From Acidimicrobiia bacterium (GTDB lineage Bacteria; Actinomycetota; Acidimicrobiia; Spongiisociales; UBA11373): a stretch of 64,000 nucleotides of DNA. The notes under the pieces are model-generated. The model worked only from the letters and a program-made list of their open reading frames with translations. It made no database searches and had not been told where the DNA came from. Made by a program: the position numbers and the translations under genes. The stretch's first letter is position 1. Each line of letters starts with the position of its first letter. Of this stretch, positions 11,051 to 21,729 are shown in pieces. The DNA lies in contig JBBDMM010000001.1 of NCBI GenBank assembly GCA_040878325.1, forward strand, positions 1-64,000. The letters are read 5' to 3'.

Positions 11051-11949
11051 CCGGCGATGTGGAGCAGTAGCGCCTTGAACGCGTGCATTCTGTTCTCGGC
11101 CTGATCGAACACGCGGCTCCGGGCGTGATCCATCACCCCGTCGGTCACTTCCTCCCCGCGGTGCGCAGGAAGGCAGTGGAGAAAGATCGCCTGCTCGCCG
11201 GCGCGGGCAAACAGGGCCTCATCGATGCGATACGGATCGAACGCCTTCAGTCGCTGCTGCGACTCGAGCTCCTGACCCATTGATGTCCAGACGTCGGCGT
11301 AGACCGCGTCGGCACCCGCCACCGCCGCCTCAGGGTCCTCAGTTATCACGATCTCAGCGCCGGCCACGGCGACCGCCCGAGCTTCCGCCACTATTTTCTC
11401 CGCCGGGGCATATCCGGCCGGCGAAGCAACCCGCACCGTGACGCCGACCGCGGCACCGGCGATCATCAGCGAGTTGCACACGTTGTTACCATCGCCCACA
11501 TAGGCGATGGTCGCGCCCTTGAGGGGTCGGTTCTCGGCCAGTGTCTGTAGATCCGCCAGCGCCTGACATGGGTGCTCCAGATCGGAGAGCAGGTTGATCA
11601 CCGGCGCTTCGGCGAACTTGGCGATCGTCACCAGGTCACCGTGGCGGAAGACACGGAAGGCGAGGATGTCCAAGTAGCGGTCGAGCACCCGGGCGACGTC
11701 CTCCACCGCCTCGCGGCTCCCCAGCCCCACCTCATCCTGCTTCAGCACGATGGGCACCGCCCCCAGGTCGGTGACGGCGACTTCGCACGACACCCGGGTT
11801 CGGGTCGAGGGCTTCTGGAAGAACAGCCCGACCCGCTTCCCGGCGAGCGCTCCCCGCGTCTTGGCCGGGTCCTGCTTCACCGCCGCTGCCACGTCGAGCA
11901 CCGCGTGCAGTCCTTTGGCTCCGAGGTCGGCTACCCGGTTGAAATCCAT
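11047..11949 (-). CDS. argF: Ornithine carbamoyltransferase
   Basis: FQKPSTRT, HPCQ, DVWTSMG, HCLP and QAENR motifs. Confidence 0.95.
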   Translation of the reverse strand: MDFNRVADLGAKGLHAVLDVAAAVKQDPAKTRGALAGKRVGLFFQKPSTRTRVSCEVAVTDLGAVPIVLKQDEVGLGSREAVEDVARVLDRYLDILAFRVFRHGDLVTIAKFAEAPVINLLSDLEHPCQALADLQTLAENRPLKGATIAYVGDGNNVCNSLMIAGAAVGVTVRVASPAGYAPAEKIVAEARAVAVAGAEIVITEDPEAAVAGADAVYADVWTSMGQELESQQRLKAFDPYRIDEALFARAGEQAIFLHCLPAHRGEEVTDGVMDHARSRVFDQAENRMHAFKALLLHIAG

Positions 11950-11950
11950 C

Positions 11951-14326
11951 TCAGCCTCCTCGGAGACGCCCGGCTAGTTTTTCGGCGACCTGCCCGGCGA
12001 TCGCCTCGCGGACCGGTATCAATTGTTCGTCGGTGAGGGTTCGATCCGGAGCCCGAAACGTGAGCCGCACGGCGACACTCGTTCTCCCGGGCTCCAGCGG
12101 TGGGCCACGGAACACGTCGAAGATGCGGGCGCGCTCCAGCATTTCTCCGGCGGCTCCTTGGATCACCTGCACGAGGGAGGCGGCAGGGACCGACTCGGCG
12201 AGGTCGAACGCGAGGTCGAACACCACGGGTGGGAACAGGCTGGGAGCCCGGAACGCCACCCGGCGCGGGATGAGGGCGTCCAGATCCAACTCGCCGGCGG
12301 CAACCCGGCCGGTGATTCCGAATCGTTCCGACACTGCGGGGTGGATCTCCCCCACGAACCCGATCGCCTCTTCCCCGAGCATCACCCGGGCGCATCGCCC
12401 GGGGTGGTAACCCGCCTCGTGCACCTGCTCGAGTCGGCCGTCGATATGGAGCGCGGCAAGCAGCGCCTCGACGACCCCGGTGGCATCGCGGGCATCACGC
12501 TCGGGACGCGCTTCCCACGCCGCCCCTGGAGTCCGCCCGGACGCCACGAAGGCGAGCTGCTGAGGCTGCTCGGGCAATTCGGCGTCGGATGGGAAGAAGA
12601 CCGTCCCCATCTCGAAGAGGCTCACATCGCCGAGGTTTCGAGCCTGATTGAGGGCGACTCCCTCGAGGAGGCCGGGCAGAAGTGTGGTCCGCAAGTGCCG
12701 CTGTTCGTCGCCCAGCGGGTTGCGGACCTCTACCGGGGAGCTCCGCCGATCGCCTGCCGGGATATCCATCGCCTTGAGTGCCTCAACGCCCATGAAATCG
12801 AAGTTCCAGACTTCGAAGTAGCCCGCCCCGACCATCACCTGGCGGATCAGCCGCTCGCGCCGCGACCAGGCCGGAAGCACTCCGCCCTTGCCGAAGGGCA
12901 GGGTTGCCGGAATCTTGTCATACCCGTGGATCCGGGCCACCTCTTCGACCAGGTCGGCCGGGCGGCTCACATCCGGCCGAAAGGACGGCACGGTGACCAC
13001 GAGATCGGACTTGCCCGACACCGCGAACCCGAGCCTCCGCAGGTACGCCGCCGCCGTTTTCGGATCGATCGGAATGCCCAGCAGTCGCTGCGCCTCCCCC
13101 GCCGGCAGCGTCACCACCGGTGCGATCCATGGCGTCGGGTAGTGGTCGATGAAGCCATCCGCGACCTCGGCGCCGGCGAGGTCGACCATCAGCCCGGCGG
13201 CGCGCGCCGACGCAAGCGGCGGAAGGTGGGGGTCGACGCCCCTTTCGAAACGCGACACGGCCTCGGACCGCATGCCATGACGCTTTCCTGCCAGGAGCAC
13301 CCCCTCCGGCGCGAAGTGGGCCACCTCGAGCAGTATCCGGGTGGTCGCCCCGGACACCTCCGACTCCTCACCACCCATGATCCCCGCCAGGCCAAGCGGG
13401 CTCTCCGGACCGGCGATCACGAGATCGGCCTCGGTGAGCTCCCGATCTGCTCCATCCAGGGTTCGCAGGGTCTCCCCCGGGCGTGCTCGCCGCACCACGA
13501 TGGTCTCTTCGGGGATGCGATCGAGGTCGAAAGCGTGCAACGGCTGGCCGTATTCGATCATCACATAGTTGGTGATGTCGACGATGTTGTTGATCGGCCT
13601 GATTCCCACTCGGCGCAGGCGGTCCCTCATCCACAAAGGGGAGGCCTGCACGGTCACCTGCCGCAGCTCGCGCGCCGTGAACCGGGGACAGAGCGCCGGT
13701 TCTTCCACCCGCACCACCGCGTTGGTGGCACCGCCAGTCGGCGCGACCGTCGGGACCGGGAACCGCACCGGGACGTCGAAGTAGGCAGCCAGGTCGCGGG
13801 CGATCCCGTAGATCGACATCGCATCCGGGCGATTGGGGGTGATCGACAAGTCGAACACTGCGTCCGGGTACGCCAGCGTCTCGGCGAAGTCGGACCCGGG
13901 GACGAGACCGCCGTCGAGGATGAGGATGCCATCGGATTCGTCGCCGATCCCCAATTCGGTCTCCGATGCGATCATCCCCGGAGAGGCGACGCCGCGGATC
14001 TCGCGCTCCCCCACTTCCAGCCCCCCCGCCAGCACAGATCCCACCCGGGCGTAGGCGACGGTGGCGCCCGCGTCGAAGTTCCATGCGCCGCAGACGACCT
14101 CGAGTGGAGGGCTACCAGAGTCGAGAGTGACCACGCGCAGCCGATCGGCATCCGGATGCGGCCGGATCGATTCCACCCGCGCCACCACCACCCCCGAGAA
14201 GGGGACCTCGAGCCGTTCGACGGTCTCCACCTCGATCCCCAGAACGGTCAAGACCCGGGCGATCTCGTCAGGATCGTCCACCGGCAGATCCACGAACTCC
14301 TCGATCCAGCGAAGCGAGGCCTTCAT
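11951..14326 (-). CDS. pheT: Phenylalanine--tRNA ligase beta subunit
   Basis: HPDADRL, ITPNRPD, GQPLHAFD, RFERGVD and DLVEEVARIHGY motifs; C-terminal FDX-ACB domain. Confidence 0.97.
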   Translation of the reverse strand: MKASLRWIEEFVDLPVDDPDEIARVLTVLGIEVETVERLEVPFSGVVVARVESIRPHPDADRLRVVTLDSGSPPLEVVCGAWNFDAGATVAYARVGSVLAGGLEVGEREIRGVASPGMIASETELGIGDESDGILILDGGLVPGSDFAETLAYPDAVFDLSITPNRPDAMSIYGIARDLAAYFDVPVRFPVPTVAPTGGATNAVVRVEEPALCPRFTARELRQVTVQASPLWMRDRLRRVGIRPINNIVDITNYVMIEYGQPLHAFDLDRIPEETIVVRRARPGETLRTLDGADRELTEADLVIAGPESPLGLAGIMGGEESEVSGATTRILLEVAHFAPEGVLLAGKRHGMRSEAVSRFERGVDPHLPPLASARAAGLMVDLAGAEVADGFIDHYPTPWIAPVVTLPAGEAQRLLGIPIDPKTAAAYLRRLGFAVSGKSDLVVTVPSFRPDVSRPADLVEEVARIHGYDKIPATLPFGKGGVLPAWSRRERLIRQVMVGAGYFEVWNFDFMGVEALKAMDIPAGDRRSSPVEVRNPLGDEQRHLRTTLLPGLLEGVALNQARNLGDVSLFEMGTVFFPSDAELPEQPQQLAFVASGRTPGAAWEARPERDARDATGVVEALLAALHIDGRLEQVHEAGYHPGRCARVMLGEEAIGFVGEIHPAVSERFGITGRVAAGELDLDALIPRRVAFRAPSLFPPVVFDLAFDLAESVPAASLVQVIQGAAGEMLERARIFDVFRGPPLEPGRTSVAVRLTFRAPDRTLTDEQLIPVREAIAGQVAEKLAGRLRGG

Positions 14327-15366
14327 CGGAACTGCTCCAGGACCCGTAGATCGGAGCTGAAGAAATGGCGCAACTCGGGCACCTGGTACCGGATCATCGC
14401 CAGCCGATCCAACCCCATCCCGAAGGCGAAACCCGACACCCGGGTGGGGTCATAGCCGACGTTCTCGAGGACGTTCGGATCGACCATTCCGCAGCCGAGC
14501 AATTCGATCCACCCCGTCTGGCTGCATATCCGGCACCCCGCTCCATCGCAGCCGAAACACGACACGTGCATCTCGGCCGACGGCTCGGTGAAGGGGAAGA
14601 AGTTCGGGACGAACTGCAGCCTGCGGCCGGGACCGAAGAACTCGTCGGCCATGTGCTGCAGAGTCCCCCGCAGGTCGGCAAAGGTGATCGACTCGTCGAC
14701 GACGAGTCCCTCCAGCTGGTGGAACACCACCGCGTGGGTGGCGTCGGTGGTCTCTCGCCGATACACCCTGCCGGGGGCGACGATGTACACGGGGGGATCG
14801 TGCTCCTCCATCCATCGCACCTGCACCGTGGACGTTTGCGTGCGCAGCAGCACCCCTTCGGGATCGTCGCCGTGTCGGATGTAGAGGGTGTCCGTCTCGA
14901 GCCGGGCGGGATGGGCGTCGGGGTAGTTCAGCGCCCGGAAGTTGTGATAGTCCGTGTCGATCTCGGGACCGGACGCCACCGTGTACCCGAGACCCACGAA
15001 GATGTCCACCACCTCGTCCCACACCTGCCGTACCAGATGGACGGCACCTCTCGCCGGTGCCCGGCCCGGGAGGGTCATGTCGAGTCCTTCCTCCGCCAGA
15101 CGGGCGTCGCGCTGAGCCGACTGGAGCTCGAGCCGCCGCTCCTCGATTCGGCTGTTCAATCGGGTGGCAGCCTCGTTGACGACCCGGCCAAGGTCGCGTT
15201 TGGTGGCCGCGTCGGCTTCTCGCAGCGATCGCCGGCCCACGGTCACCGGGGAGGCGGGATCGACCAGGTCGGCCTCGACCTGGTCGACCGCGGCCAAGGA
15301 TGACGCGGCTTCGAGCCGCTCGAGGGCGGCGGCGACGAACGACCGGATCTCGTCGGGTGAGGTCAC
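14323..15366 (-). CDS. pheS: Phenylalanine--tRNA ligase alpha subunit
   Basis: HPAR, LLRTQTS, FPFTEPS and GFAFGMGLDR motifs. Confidence 0.97.
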   Translation of the reverse strand: MTSPDEIRSFVAAALERLEAASSLAAVDQVEADLVDPASPVTVGRRSLREADAATKRDLGRVVNEAATRLNSRIEERRLELQSAQRDARLAEEGLDMTLPGRAPARGAVHLVRQVWDEVVDIFVGLGYTVASGPEIDTDYHNFRALNYPDAHPARLETDTLYIRHGDDPEGVLLRTQTSTVQVRWMEEHDPPVYIVAPGRVYRRETTDATHAVVFHQLEGLVVDESITFADLRGTLQHMADEFFGPGRRLQFVPNFFPFTEPSAEMHVSCFGCDGAGCRICSQTGWIELLGCGMVDPNVLENVGYDPTRVSGFAFGMGLDRLAMIRYQVPELRHFFSSDLRVLEQFR

Positions 15367-15378
15367 TGCGAGAGCAGG

Positions 15379-16131
15379 TTAGATCGTGCCGCCCGGCGAC
15401 GGTCCCGAGCCGCCCAGGAACGCGACGATGGCCCCGGCAACCGCCGCATTGAGGCTCTCGGCGCCGCTCGCCATCGGAATGGTCACCCGGATATCGGCGG
15501 AGGCCACGATCTCGGCGGGGAGGCCGTGGGGCTCGCTCCCCACCAGAATGGCGGCATCGGCCGGGAGCGGCCCGGGAGCAACGCCGCCCTCGACCACGGT
15601 GGCGATCAGCACTCGACCTCCGGATTGGACCTGGTCGAGATGGTCGGCTTGAGCCAAGGTGGTGCGGAACTGGCCGCCGGCGCCTGCCCGCAGCACCTTG
15701 GGCGACCATGGATCCGCCGAGCCCGGCCCCGCGACGAAGGCATAGGAGAGGGCCGCCGCAGTGCGGATCAGGCTGCCGCAATTGCCTGGGTCGCCCACCC
15801 CCCAAGCGACGATCAAGCGTCCCGAGGGGATGGCGGATGGAGCCGGGATCGCCATCACCGCCACCGGGCTCTGCGCCTCCTCGGTGGTCGACAGCTTCGC
15901 CAGCACTTCGGGACTCACCGCGGTGAATTCGACGCCGGCGGCACTGCCCAGAGAGACGCCGACCTCATCGTCCTCCAGCCCATAGATCGCCGCGATCGGG
16001 AAACCGTTGGCCACCGCCTCGCCGATCAGCACCGGCCCCTCCAGCAGCGTTCGCCCCGCATCGGCGCGCCCCCGCCGCCGATGGAGCCGTACGACCGCCA
16101 CCACCTCGGGGTTGCGAAGAGAAGTGATCAA
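15379..16131 (-). CDS. TrmH/SpoU-family RNA methyltransferase
   Basis: DPGNCGSLIRTA, GSEPHG and ESLNAAVA motifs; conserved position between rplT and pheS. Confidence 0.9.
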   Translation of the reverse strand: MITSLRNPEVVAVVRLHRRRGRADAGRTLLEGPVLIGEAVANGFPIAAIYGLEDDEVGVSLGSAAGVEFTAVSPEVLAKLSTTEEAQSPVAVMAIPAPSAIPSGRLIVAWGVGDPGNCGSLIRTAAALSYAFVAGPGSADPWSPKVLRAGAGGQFRTTLAQADHLDQVQSGGRVLIATVVEGGVAPGPLPADAAILVGSEPHGLPAEIVASADIRVTIPMASGAESLNAAVAGAIVAFLGGSGPSPGGTI

Positions 16132-16194
16132 CCGGTCACCTCGGGAACGAACTCACAAGATGCCATGTACCAACGGCGGGACGAGGCTCTCGCC

Positions 16195-16548
16195 CTACTC
16201 CGCCGCGCCGGCCACCTTCACCAGGGCACCGAAGGCCGCTGGATCCGACACCGCCATCTCGGCGAGCATCTTCCGGTCGATCTCGATCTCGGCCGCTTTG
16301 AGGCCTGCGATGAGGCGCGAGTAGGTGGTGCCGTGCTGGCGGGCGGCCGCATTGATGCGGGCGATCCACAGCCGGCGAAAATCTCCTTTACGGGCCCTCC
16401 GGTGGGAGTACGCATCCTGCATCGCCCCCATCACCTGCTCGTTGGCAGTACGGAGCCGGCGGCTGCGAGCCCCCGTGTATCCCTTCGCCCGCTCGAGAAT
16501 CTTCCGGCGTTTCTTCTTCGAGTGGACGGAGCGCTTGATTCTTGCCAT
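16195..16548 (-). CDS. rplT: 50S ribosomal protein L20
   Basis: MARIKRSV...AKGY...[16 protein letters not shown]...[10 protein letters not shown]. Confidence 0.97.
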   Translation of the reverse strand: MARIKRSVHSKKKRRKILERAKGYTGARSRRLRTANEQVMGAMQDAYSHRRARKGDFRRLWIARINAAARQHGTTYSRLIAGLKAAEIEIDRKMLAEMAVSDPAAFGALVKVAGAAE

Positions 16549-16558
16549 CAGCCGCCTC

Positions 16559-16756
16559 CTAGCGTCCCAACATCCGATTGACCCGCTTGCGATCGGCGGA
16601 AGACACCTCGGTGTCCCCCGCAAGCCGTCGCATCCGCGAGCTCGACTTCTTTCCCATGACCAGATGCGCCCGAAAGGCCTGAAGGCGTCGGAGCTTGCCG
16701 CTGCCCGTGACCTTGAACCGCTTGGCCGCTGATCGTCTCGTCTTCTGCTTCGGCAT
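16559..16756 (-). CDS. rpmI: 50S ribosomal protein L35
   Basis: [21 protein letters not shown]. Confidence 0.96.
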   Translation of the reverse strand: MPKQKTRRSAAKRFKVTGSGKLRRLQAFRAHLVMGKKSSSRMRRLAGDTEVSSADRKRVNRMLGR

Positions 16757-16759
16757 TTC

Positions 16760-17371
16760 TCACTCCTCGGCGGCCGTGGCCGCATCATCATCATTCGTGC
16801 CGGCCGCAAGGTCGCCGGTCGTCGTCTCGTCAGCCGCCGATCCCTCGTCGGCCTCCCGGCGCCGCTTCTCCGGCGTCAGTTGCATGGTCATGTTGCGGCC
16901 CTCGAGCTTCGGGCCGGTCTCGACCCCGCCGATTCCGACCACATCCGCCGCCAGTCGCTTCAGGATTCGCTCCCCCAGCTCCGGGTGGGTCACCTCGCGT
17001 CCCCGAAACATCATCGTGATCTTCACCTTGTCGCCCTCGTCGAGAAACTCGATGACCCGGCGCTTCTTCACTTCGTAGTCGTGAGTGTCGATCTTGGGCC
17101 GGAACTTGACTTCCTTGACAACCGTCCTGGTCTGCTTCTTGCGGGCCTCACGCTGACGGACCGACTGCTCGTACTTGTACTTGCCGTAGTCCATCATCCG
17201 ACACACGGGCGGTTTGGCATCCGGTGCCACTTCGACGAGGTCCAATCCGAGTTGGCTGGCGAGCCACCTGGCCTCCTCGATCTTCCGCACGCCGATCTGG
17301 CTTCCGTCCGGTGCGACGACACGCACCTCTTTCGCCCTGATCTTGTCGTTGACCCTCAGTTCCTGTGTGAT
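16760..17371 (-). CDS. infC: Translation initiation factor IF-3, with a non-canonical ATC start
   Basis: [12 protein letters not shown]...LDLVEVAP...DYGKYKYE...FRGRE. SD GGAGGAG then ATCAG-ATC-ACA-CAG. Confidence 0.93.
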   Translation of the reverse strand: MTQELRVNDKIRAKEVRVVAPDGSQIGVRKIEEARWLASQLGLDLVEVAPDAKPPVCRMMDYGKYKYEQSVRQREARKKQTRTVVKEVKFRPKIDTHDYEVKKRRVIEFLDEGDKVKITMMFRGREVTHPELGERILKRLAADVVGIGGVETGPKLEGRNMTMQLTPEKRRREADEGSAADETTTGDLAAGTNDDDAATAAEE

Positions 17372-17395
17372 CTGATCTCCTCCTCGACGGCCGAC

Positions 17396-17497
17396 AAAGT
17401 GAAAGACGGCAGCGGCTGCCGTCTCGTGAGAACGACCACGGCGCACGATTCTCGTGGCCGGGTGGGAAGCAGCGCCTCCTCTTTCGTATTCAGTTGT
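17396..17497 (-). promoter_or_regulatory. Putative L20-leader-type autoregulatory 5' UTR of infC-rpmI-rplT
   Basis: GGAGGCGCTGCTTCCCACCCGG resembles the L20 leader core. It is followed by hairpin AGACGGCAG-CCG-CTGCCGTCT-TTCACTTT. A -10 TATGCT lies at 17504-17509. Confidence 0.55.
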
Positions 17498-17509
17498 GCA
17501 GCAAGCATA

Positions 17510-17641
17510 GCGATACGCGATGCGCAATACGCGATACGCGATACGCGATACGCGATACGCGATACGACAGAGGGTCGCCGACCCCGCCGCTGGGAGATCA
17601 TCCTGGCTCCTTCGAATTGCGAATCGCGTATCGCGAATCGC
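17510..17641. repeat. Heptamer tandem array (GCGATAC)x8 with an inverted 4-unit copy
   Basis: Direct units at 17510-17565; inverted GAATCGC/GTATCGC units at 17614-17641. Confidence 0.9.
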
Positions 17642-17645
17642 GCTC

Positions 17646-18341
17646 TTAGAACAACCGTCCCTGCGCCTCCGGACGCACCAGCCGTGCGACCCCGTTCCAC
17701 ATCAGCGAGTCCATGAATACCCACGACCTACGGTGGATTGCGCTCGGGCCATACCACTGGAGGGCGGCCTGGTGGCGTGGTTCGGGATAGCCCTTGTTCG
17801 AGTCGAACCCGTAGGCCGGATAGTGCTCGGCTTCGACTCGCATGAGCCGATCGCGGGTGACCTTGGCGAGAATCGACGCGGCCGCGATCGACAGGCAGGT
17901 GGCATCCCCCCTGACAATGGTCTCGGTGCGGGGGCCTCCCACGAAGTCCCACGACCCATCGACCACCACCGCTTCAGGAGTCACTCCGAGCCCGTCGATC
18001 GCCCTCCTGGCTGCTAGCCGCTGGGCCTCCGACATACCCAGTTCATCACACTCTTCGAAAGAGGCGTGACCTACCGCCCATGCTTCGCACCACTCTGCGA
18101 CCCGATCGAAGCGCGCCTCTCGTTCGCCCTCAGTGAGCATCTTCGAGTCACGGAGCTTGTAGATCCGACGGTCGCGCGGAACGACGACGGCGCCAACGGT
18201 GATCGGGCCAGCCCAGGCTCCCCGGCCCACCTCGTCGACCCCGACGACGACGGTGGCGCCAGCCTCCCAGAGCGATCGCTCGACGACGAGGCCCGGCGCA
18301 GACCCCTTCAGAGCTCCGCGCAACATGGGGACAGTGGGCAC
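17646..18341 (-). CDS. rnhB: Ribonuclease HII
   Basis: GVDEVGRGAWAGP, DSK, SIAAASILAKVTRD, NKGY and HRRSW motifs. Confidence 0.95.
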   Translation of the reverse strand: MPTVPMLRGALKGSAPGLVVERSLWEAGATVVVGVDEVGRGAWAGPITVGAVVVPRDRRIYKLRDSKMLTEGEREARFDRVAEWCEAWAVGHASFEECDELGMSEAQRLAARRAIDGLGVTPEAVVVDGSWDFVGGPRTETIVRGDATCLSIAAASILAKVTRDRLMRVEAEHYPAYGFDSNKGYPEPRHQAALQWYGPSAIHRRSWVFMDSLMWNGVARLVRPEAQGRLF

Positions 18342-18382
18342 CTGCCGACGTTAACGCGGGTGGACCCTCCAGCCGCGTCGCT

Positions 18383-18844
18383 TCAGGTGCCCCGCAGCGC
18401 CCGCACGGCGTGAGCCGCCCGCACTGCGGCCTCGGCGGCCTCGGCACCCTTGTTCGCCGGGCCGGCGATGCTGCGTTCGACTGCCTGCGACGCGGTGCTG
18501 GTGGTGAGGACCCCGAAGGCCACCGGCACTCCGGTGTCCACCGCCACCTGCTGGAGTCCCGCCGCGGTCTGAGTGGCCACATGTTGATAGTGATCCGTCT
18601 CCCCCAGGATCACTGCGCCGAGGGCGACCACGCAATCGTGGCCTGCCTCGACCAGCGCCCGGGCCACCACCGGCAACTCGAACGCCCCGTGCACCCAAAT
18701 GACGGTGGGGTTGGGTGCCCCTGCCCGATCGAGAGCCTCCAGGGCTCCGCGCAACAGTCCTTGTGTGATCGATCCGTTGAACTCGGCGACGACTATCCCC
18801 ACCCGCAACCCGCGCGCATCGAACGGTGGGACGATATCAGCCAT
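18383..18844 (-). CDS. ribH: 6,7-dimethyl-8-ribityllumazine synthase
   Basis: VAEFN, GAFELP, GETDHY, FGVLT and NKG motifs. Confidence 0.96.
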   Translation of the reverse strand: MADIVPPFDARGLRVGIVVAEFNGSITQGLLRGALEALDRAGAPNPTVIWVHGAFELPVVARALVEAGHDCVVALGAVILGETDHYQHVATQTAAGLQQVAVDTGVPVAFGVLTTSTASQAVERSIAGPANKGAEAAEAAVRAAHAVRALRGT

Positions 18845-20051
18845 CGGTACCCAGATCCATCAGGTGGCCGAGCTTGGCGACCTTTGCCGCGAGGTACGCC
18901 CGATTCTCATCGGTCGGCTCGGTTTCGAGCGGTACTCGCCCGGTCACGCTGAGCCCGTACCCTTCGAGCCCCGCCCGCTTGGTGGGGTTGTTCGTCAGTA
19001 GTCGCATCGAGCGGACACCCAGATCGACCAGGATCTGTGCCCCGATCCCGTAGTCCCGGGCGTCGGCGGGCAGCCCAAGGTCCAGGTTCGCCTCCACCGT
19101 GTCCCGGCCGTTCTCTTGCAAGGCATAGGCCTGGAGCTTGTGCATCAGCCCGATCCCGCGGCCTTCATGACCGCGGAAGTAGACGACCACCCCTTCGCCC
19201 TCGCCGGCGATTTTTGCCATCGCGTCGTGCAGTTGCATGCCACAGTCGCAGCGCAGGCTTCCAAATACGTCGCCGGTGAGGCACTCCGAGTGGACGCGCA
19301 CCAGCACGTTCTCCTTGTCCTCCACCTCGCCTTTGACGAGGGCGATGTGCTGGGTGCCGTCGAGTCGTGACTCGTAACCGACGGCGCGAAACTCGCCAAA
19401 GGCGGTTGGAATCCGGGCCTCGGCGATCCGCTCTACCAGTTGCTCGCGGTGGCGCCGGTACGAGATGAGATCGGCGATGCTGACCATGGGAATCCCGTGT
19501 TCGGTCGCAAAGTGCTGCAGCTCCTCGAAGCGGGCCATCGAACCGTCCTCGCTCACGATCTCGCACAGCACCCCGGCCGGGTAGAGGCCAGCGAGGCGGG
19601 CCAGGTCGACGGCCGCCTCGGTGTGCCCCGCCCGGCGCAGCACCCCGCCCTGCCGGTAGCGCAGCGGAAAAATGTGTCCGGGACGGGCCAGGTCGGCTGG
19701 GTCGGTGGCCGGGTCGATCAGTGCCCGGATCGTCGCTGCACGGTCGGCGGCCGAAATCCCGGTGGTGGTCCCCTGCAGCGAATCGACCGAAACCGTGAAG
19801 GCCGTGCGGTGCGAGTCGGTACTCTCGGTGACCATCAGCGGAAGGCGAAGTTCGTCGAGCCGCTCGCCGAGTAGCGGCACGCAGATGAGTCCTGAGGTGT
19901 GGCGAACCATGAAGGCGATCCGCTCCGGCGTGACCCTCTCGGCGGCGAGAATGAGATCGCCCTCGTTCTCGCGATCCGCGTCGTCGACCACCACGACGAA
20001 CTCGCCGCTACGCACCGCCGCGATTGCCTCCTCGACCGTGGCCAGGGTCAT
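18837..20051 (-). CDS. ribBA: Bifunctional DHBP synthase / GTP cyclohydrolase II
   Basis: [22 protein letters not shown]...RCDC, EGRGIG and LLTNNP motifs. Confidence 0.97.
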   Translation of the reverse strand: MTLATVEEAIAAVRSGEFVVVVDDADRENEGDLILAAERVTPERIAFMVRHTSGLICVPLLGERLDELRLPLMVTESTDSHRTAFTVSVDSLQGTTTGISAADRAATIRALIDPATDPADLARPGHIFPLRYRQGGVLRRAGHTEAAVDLARLAGLYPAGVLCEIVSEDGSMARFEELQHFATEHGIPMVSIADLISYRRHREQLVERIAEARIPTAFGEFRAVGYESRLDGTQHIALVKGEVEDKENVLVRVHSECLTGDVFGSLRCDCGMQLHDAMAKIAGEGEGVVVYFRGHEGRGIGLMHKLQAYALQENGRDTVEANLDLGLPADARDYGIGAQILVDLGVRSMRLLTNNPTKRAGLEGYGLSVTGRVPLETEPTDENRAYLAAKVAKLGHLMDLGTDG

Positions 20052-20641
20052 GAACGGGTCTCCATGAGTCGTTCGACGTATTTCGCCAGGACGTCGACCT
20101 CGAAATTCACCTGATCGCCGACGGCGAGCGCACCCATCGTCGTCACCTGAAGGGTGTGCGGGATCAGAACGACCTCGAACCCAGAGTCGTCGACGCCCGA
20201 GACGGTGAGGCTCACCCCGTCGAGGGCGATCGAACCCTTTCGCACGATGTAGCGGTGGTGCTCAGCGGCAAGGTCGAACCACAACCGGGATGACTCGTCA
20301 TCGCTGCGCAATGACCGCACCGAGGCCACCCCATCCACATGGCCCTGCACGAGGTGCCCGTCGAAACGGCCGGCGGCGGCCACCGGGCGCTCGAGGTTGA
20401 CCGTCGACCCCGGCGCGAGGGCGCCGAGATTGGTGCGCTCCAGGGTCTCGGGAACCGCCTCGAGATCGAAGAGGGTTGGTCCCATCGCGACGACCGTCAG
20501 GCACACCCCGTTTACCGCGACCGAGTCGCCCACCGACAGCCCGAGGTGAGTGTGCGGACCCAAGATCGACAGTCGACGGCTCCGGCCGGCCGCCGCCACT
20601 CCTGCGATCGAGCCGACCTCGGCCACGATTCCGGTGAACAT
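20048..20641 (-). CDS. ribE: Riboflavin synthase alpha chain
   Basis: [21 protein letters not shown] and IPHT motifs. Confidence 0.96.
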   Translation of the reverse strand: MFTGIVAEVGSIAGVAAAGRSRRLSILGPHTHLGLSVGDSVAVNGVCLTVVAMGPTLFDLEAVPETLERTNLGALAPGSTVNLERPVAAAGRFDGHLVQGHVDGVASVRSLRSDDESSRLWFDLAAEHHRYIVRKGSIALDGVSLTVSGVDDSGFEVVLIPHTLQVTTMGALAVGDQVNFEVDVLAKYVERLMETRS

Positions 20642-21678
20642 CAGCGAACCTCCGCGTCCACCCGAAGGTCGGGACCAAGCCGAACGACATCCGTGATTTC
20701 GACCGGGGTCAGCTGGTCCATCGACGCAAAGACGCCGTCGAGCATCGGCCGCCCCGTCCCGAGGGCGAGCGCACCCGCCAGGTACACGACCAGTCTCCTG
20801 GCCAGACCACCTCGGAGGATGGCACCGGCGAGGGTGGCCCCACCCTCACAGAGAACGTCGAGGAACTCCCGCTTCCCCATGTCGGCCACCATCGACTCCA
20901 GGTCTACGCCGTGGACCCCGGGCATCACCACGACCTCGGCAGGGAGATCGACCGGAAGGGCCGAGTACACGATCGCATCGCGCCCGAACACGGCTGCTAC
21001 GGGCGGAATCAGGCTGCGGCCGGCGACCACCACCGGACGCGGCTGGGGGCCCTCGTAACCGGGCAGTCGAACGGTGAGGCGGGGGTCGTCGGCGATCACG
21101 GTGCCGGAACCGACCAGGACCGCATCGGAGCCCGCTCGTAGCCGATGTGCATCCTCGCGTGCGGCGGTACCGGTCACCCACTTCGATCTGCCGTCCGAAG
21201 CGGCCGACTGGCCGTCGAGCGTTGCCGCCATCTTCACGGTGATCAACGGCAGTCCCGTGGCTCGATGATGGAAGTAGCCGGGATCGAGGGCGTATACCTC
21301 CTCCGCCGCCACACCCGCGACGATCTCGATGCCCCGGTCGCGCAGCAGTTCGAATCCCCGGCCGGCGACCCGCTGATCGGGGTCACCCACTGCGGCCACC
21401 ACGCGGGCGACTCCCGACGCGATGACGGCGTCGGTACAGGGTGGGGTGCGGCCCGAATGGGCACACGGCTCGAGAGTTACCACCACCGTCCCGCCACGAG
21501 CACGATCACCGGCTTCGGCCAGAGCGAGCCGCTCGGCGTGAGGTGTACCGGGCCCGGCGTGCGCCCCCCGGCCGACGACCCGTCCGGCCGCGTCCAGCAC
21601 CAGGGCCCCCACCCGCGGGTTGGGGTGGGGGTGCTCAGCGGCTGCCAGCCGGATCGCCTCGAGCATGTGTTCGCGCAA
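20641..21678 (-). CDS. ribD: Riboflavin biosynthesis deaminase/reductase
   Basis: PNPRVG, HAE, TLEPC...PPC, DDPRLTVR and EGG motifs. Confidence 0.96.
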   Translation of the reverse strand: MREHMLEAIRLAAAEHPHPNPRVGALVLDAAGRVVGRGAHAGPGTPHAERLALAEAGDRARGGTVVVTLEPCAHSGRTPPCTDAVIASGVARVVAAVGDPDQRVAGRGFELLRDRGIEIVAGVAAEEVYALDPGYFHHRATGLPLITVKMAATLDGQSAASDGRSKWVTGTAAREDAHRLRAGSDAVLVGSGTVIADDPRLTVRLPGYEGPQPRPVVVAGRSLIPPVAAVFGRDAIVYSALPVDLPAEVVVMPGVHGVDLESMVADMGKREFLDVLCEGGATLAGAILRGGLARRLVVYLAGALALGTGRPMLDGVFASMDQLTPVEITDVVRLGPDLRVDAEVR

Positions 21679-21729
21679 CGCTCGTCTCCCGTCCGGGGCA
21701 CGCGGGCGCGAGCGCGCGACACGTACCCC

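Noticed and set aside
12023..14455. 810-aa plus-strand ORF, and similar long ORFs such as 60832-62532, 49172-50467, 40969-42375 and 23110-24582
   Set aside because: Antisense shadows of pheT, relA, alaS, pilC and ppk2 caused by high-GC codon bias; no recognisable domains.
16549..17527. N-terminal extensions of rplT and infC in the ORF track (also alaS, hisS, rpoZ, pilD, pilB and ruvX)
   Set aside because: The extensions overlap neighbouring genes, UTRs or repeats; conserved N-termini and SD or -10 positions support shorter starts.
17510..17641. Possible CRISPR array
   Set aside because: These are contiguous 7-bp units with no unique spacers, and there are no cas genes.
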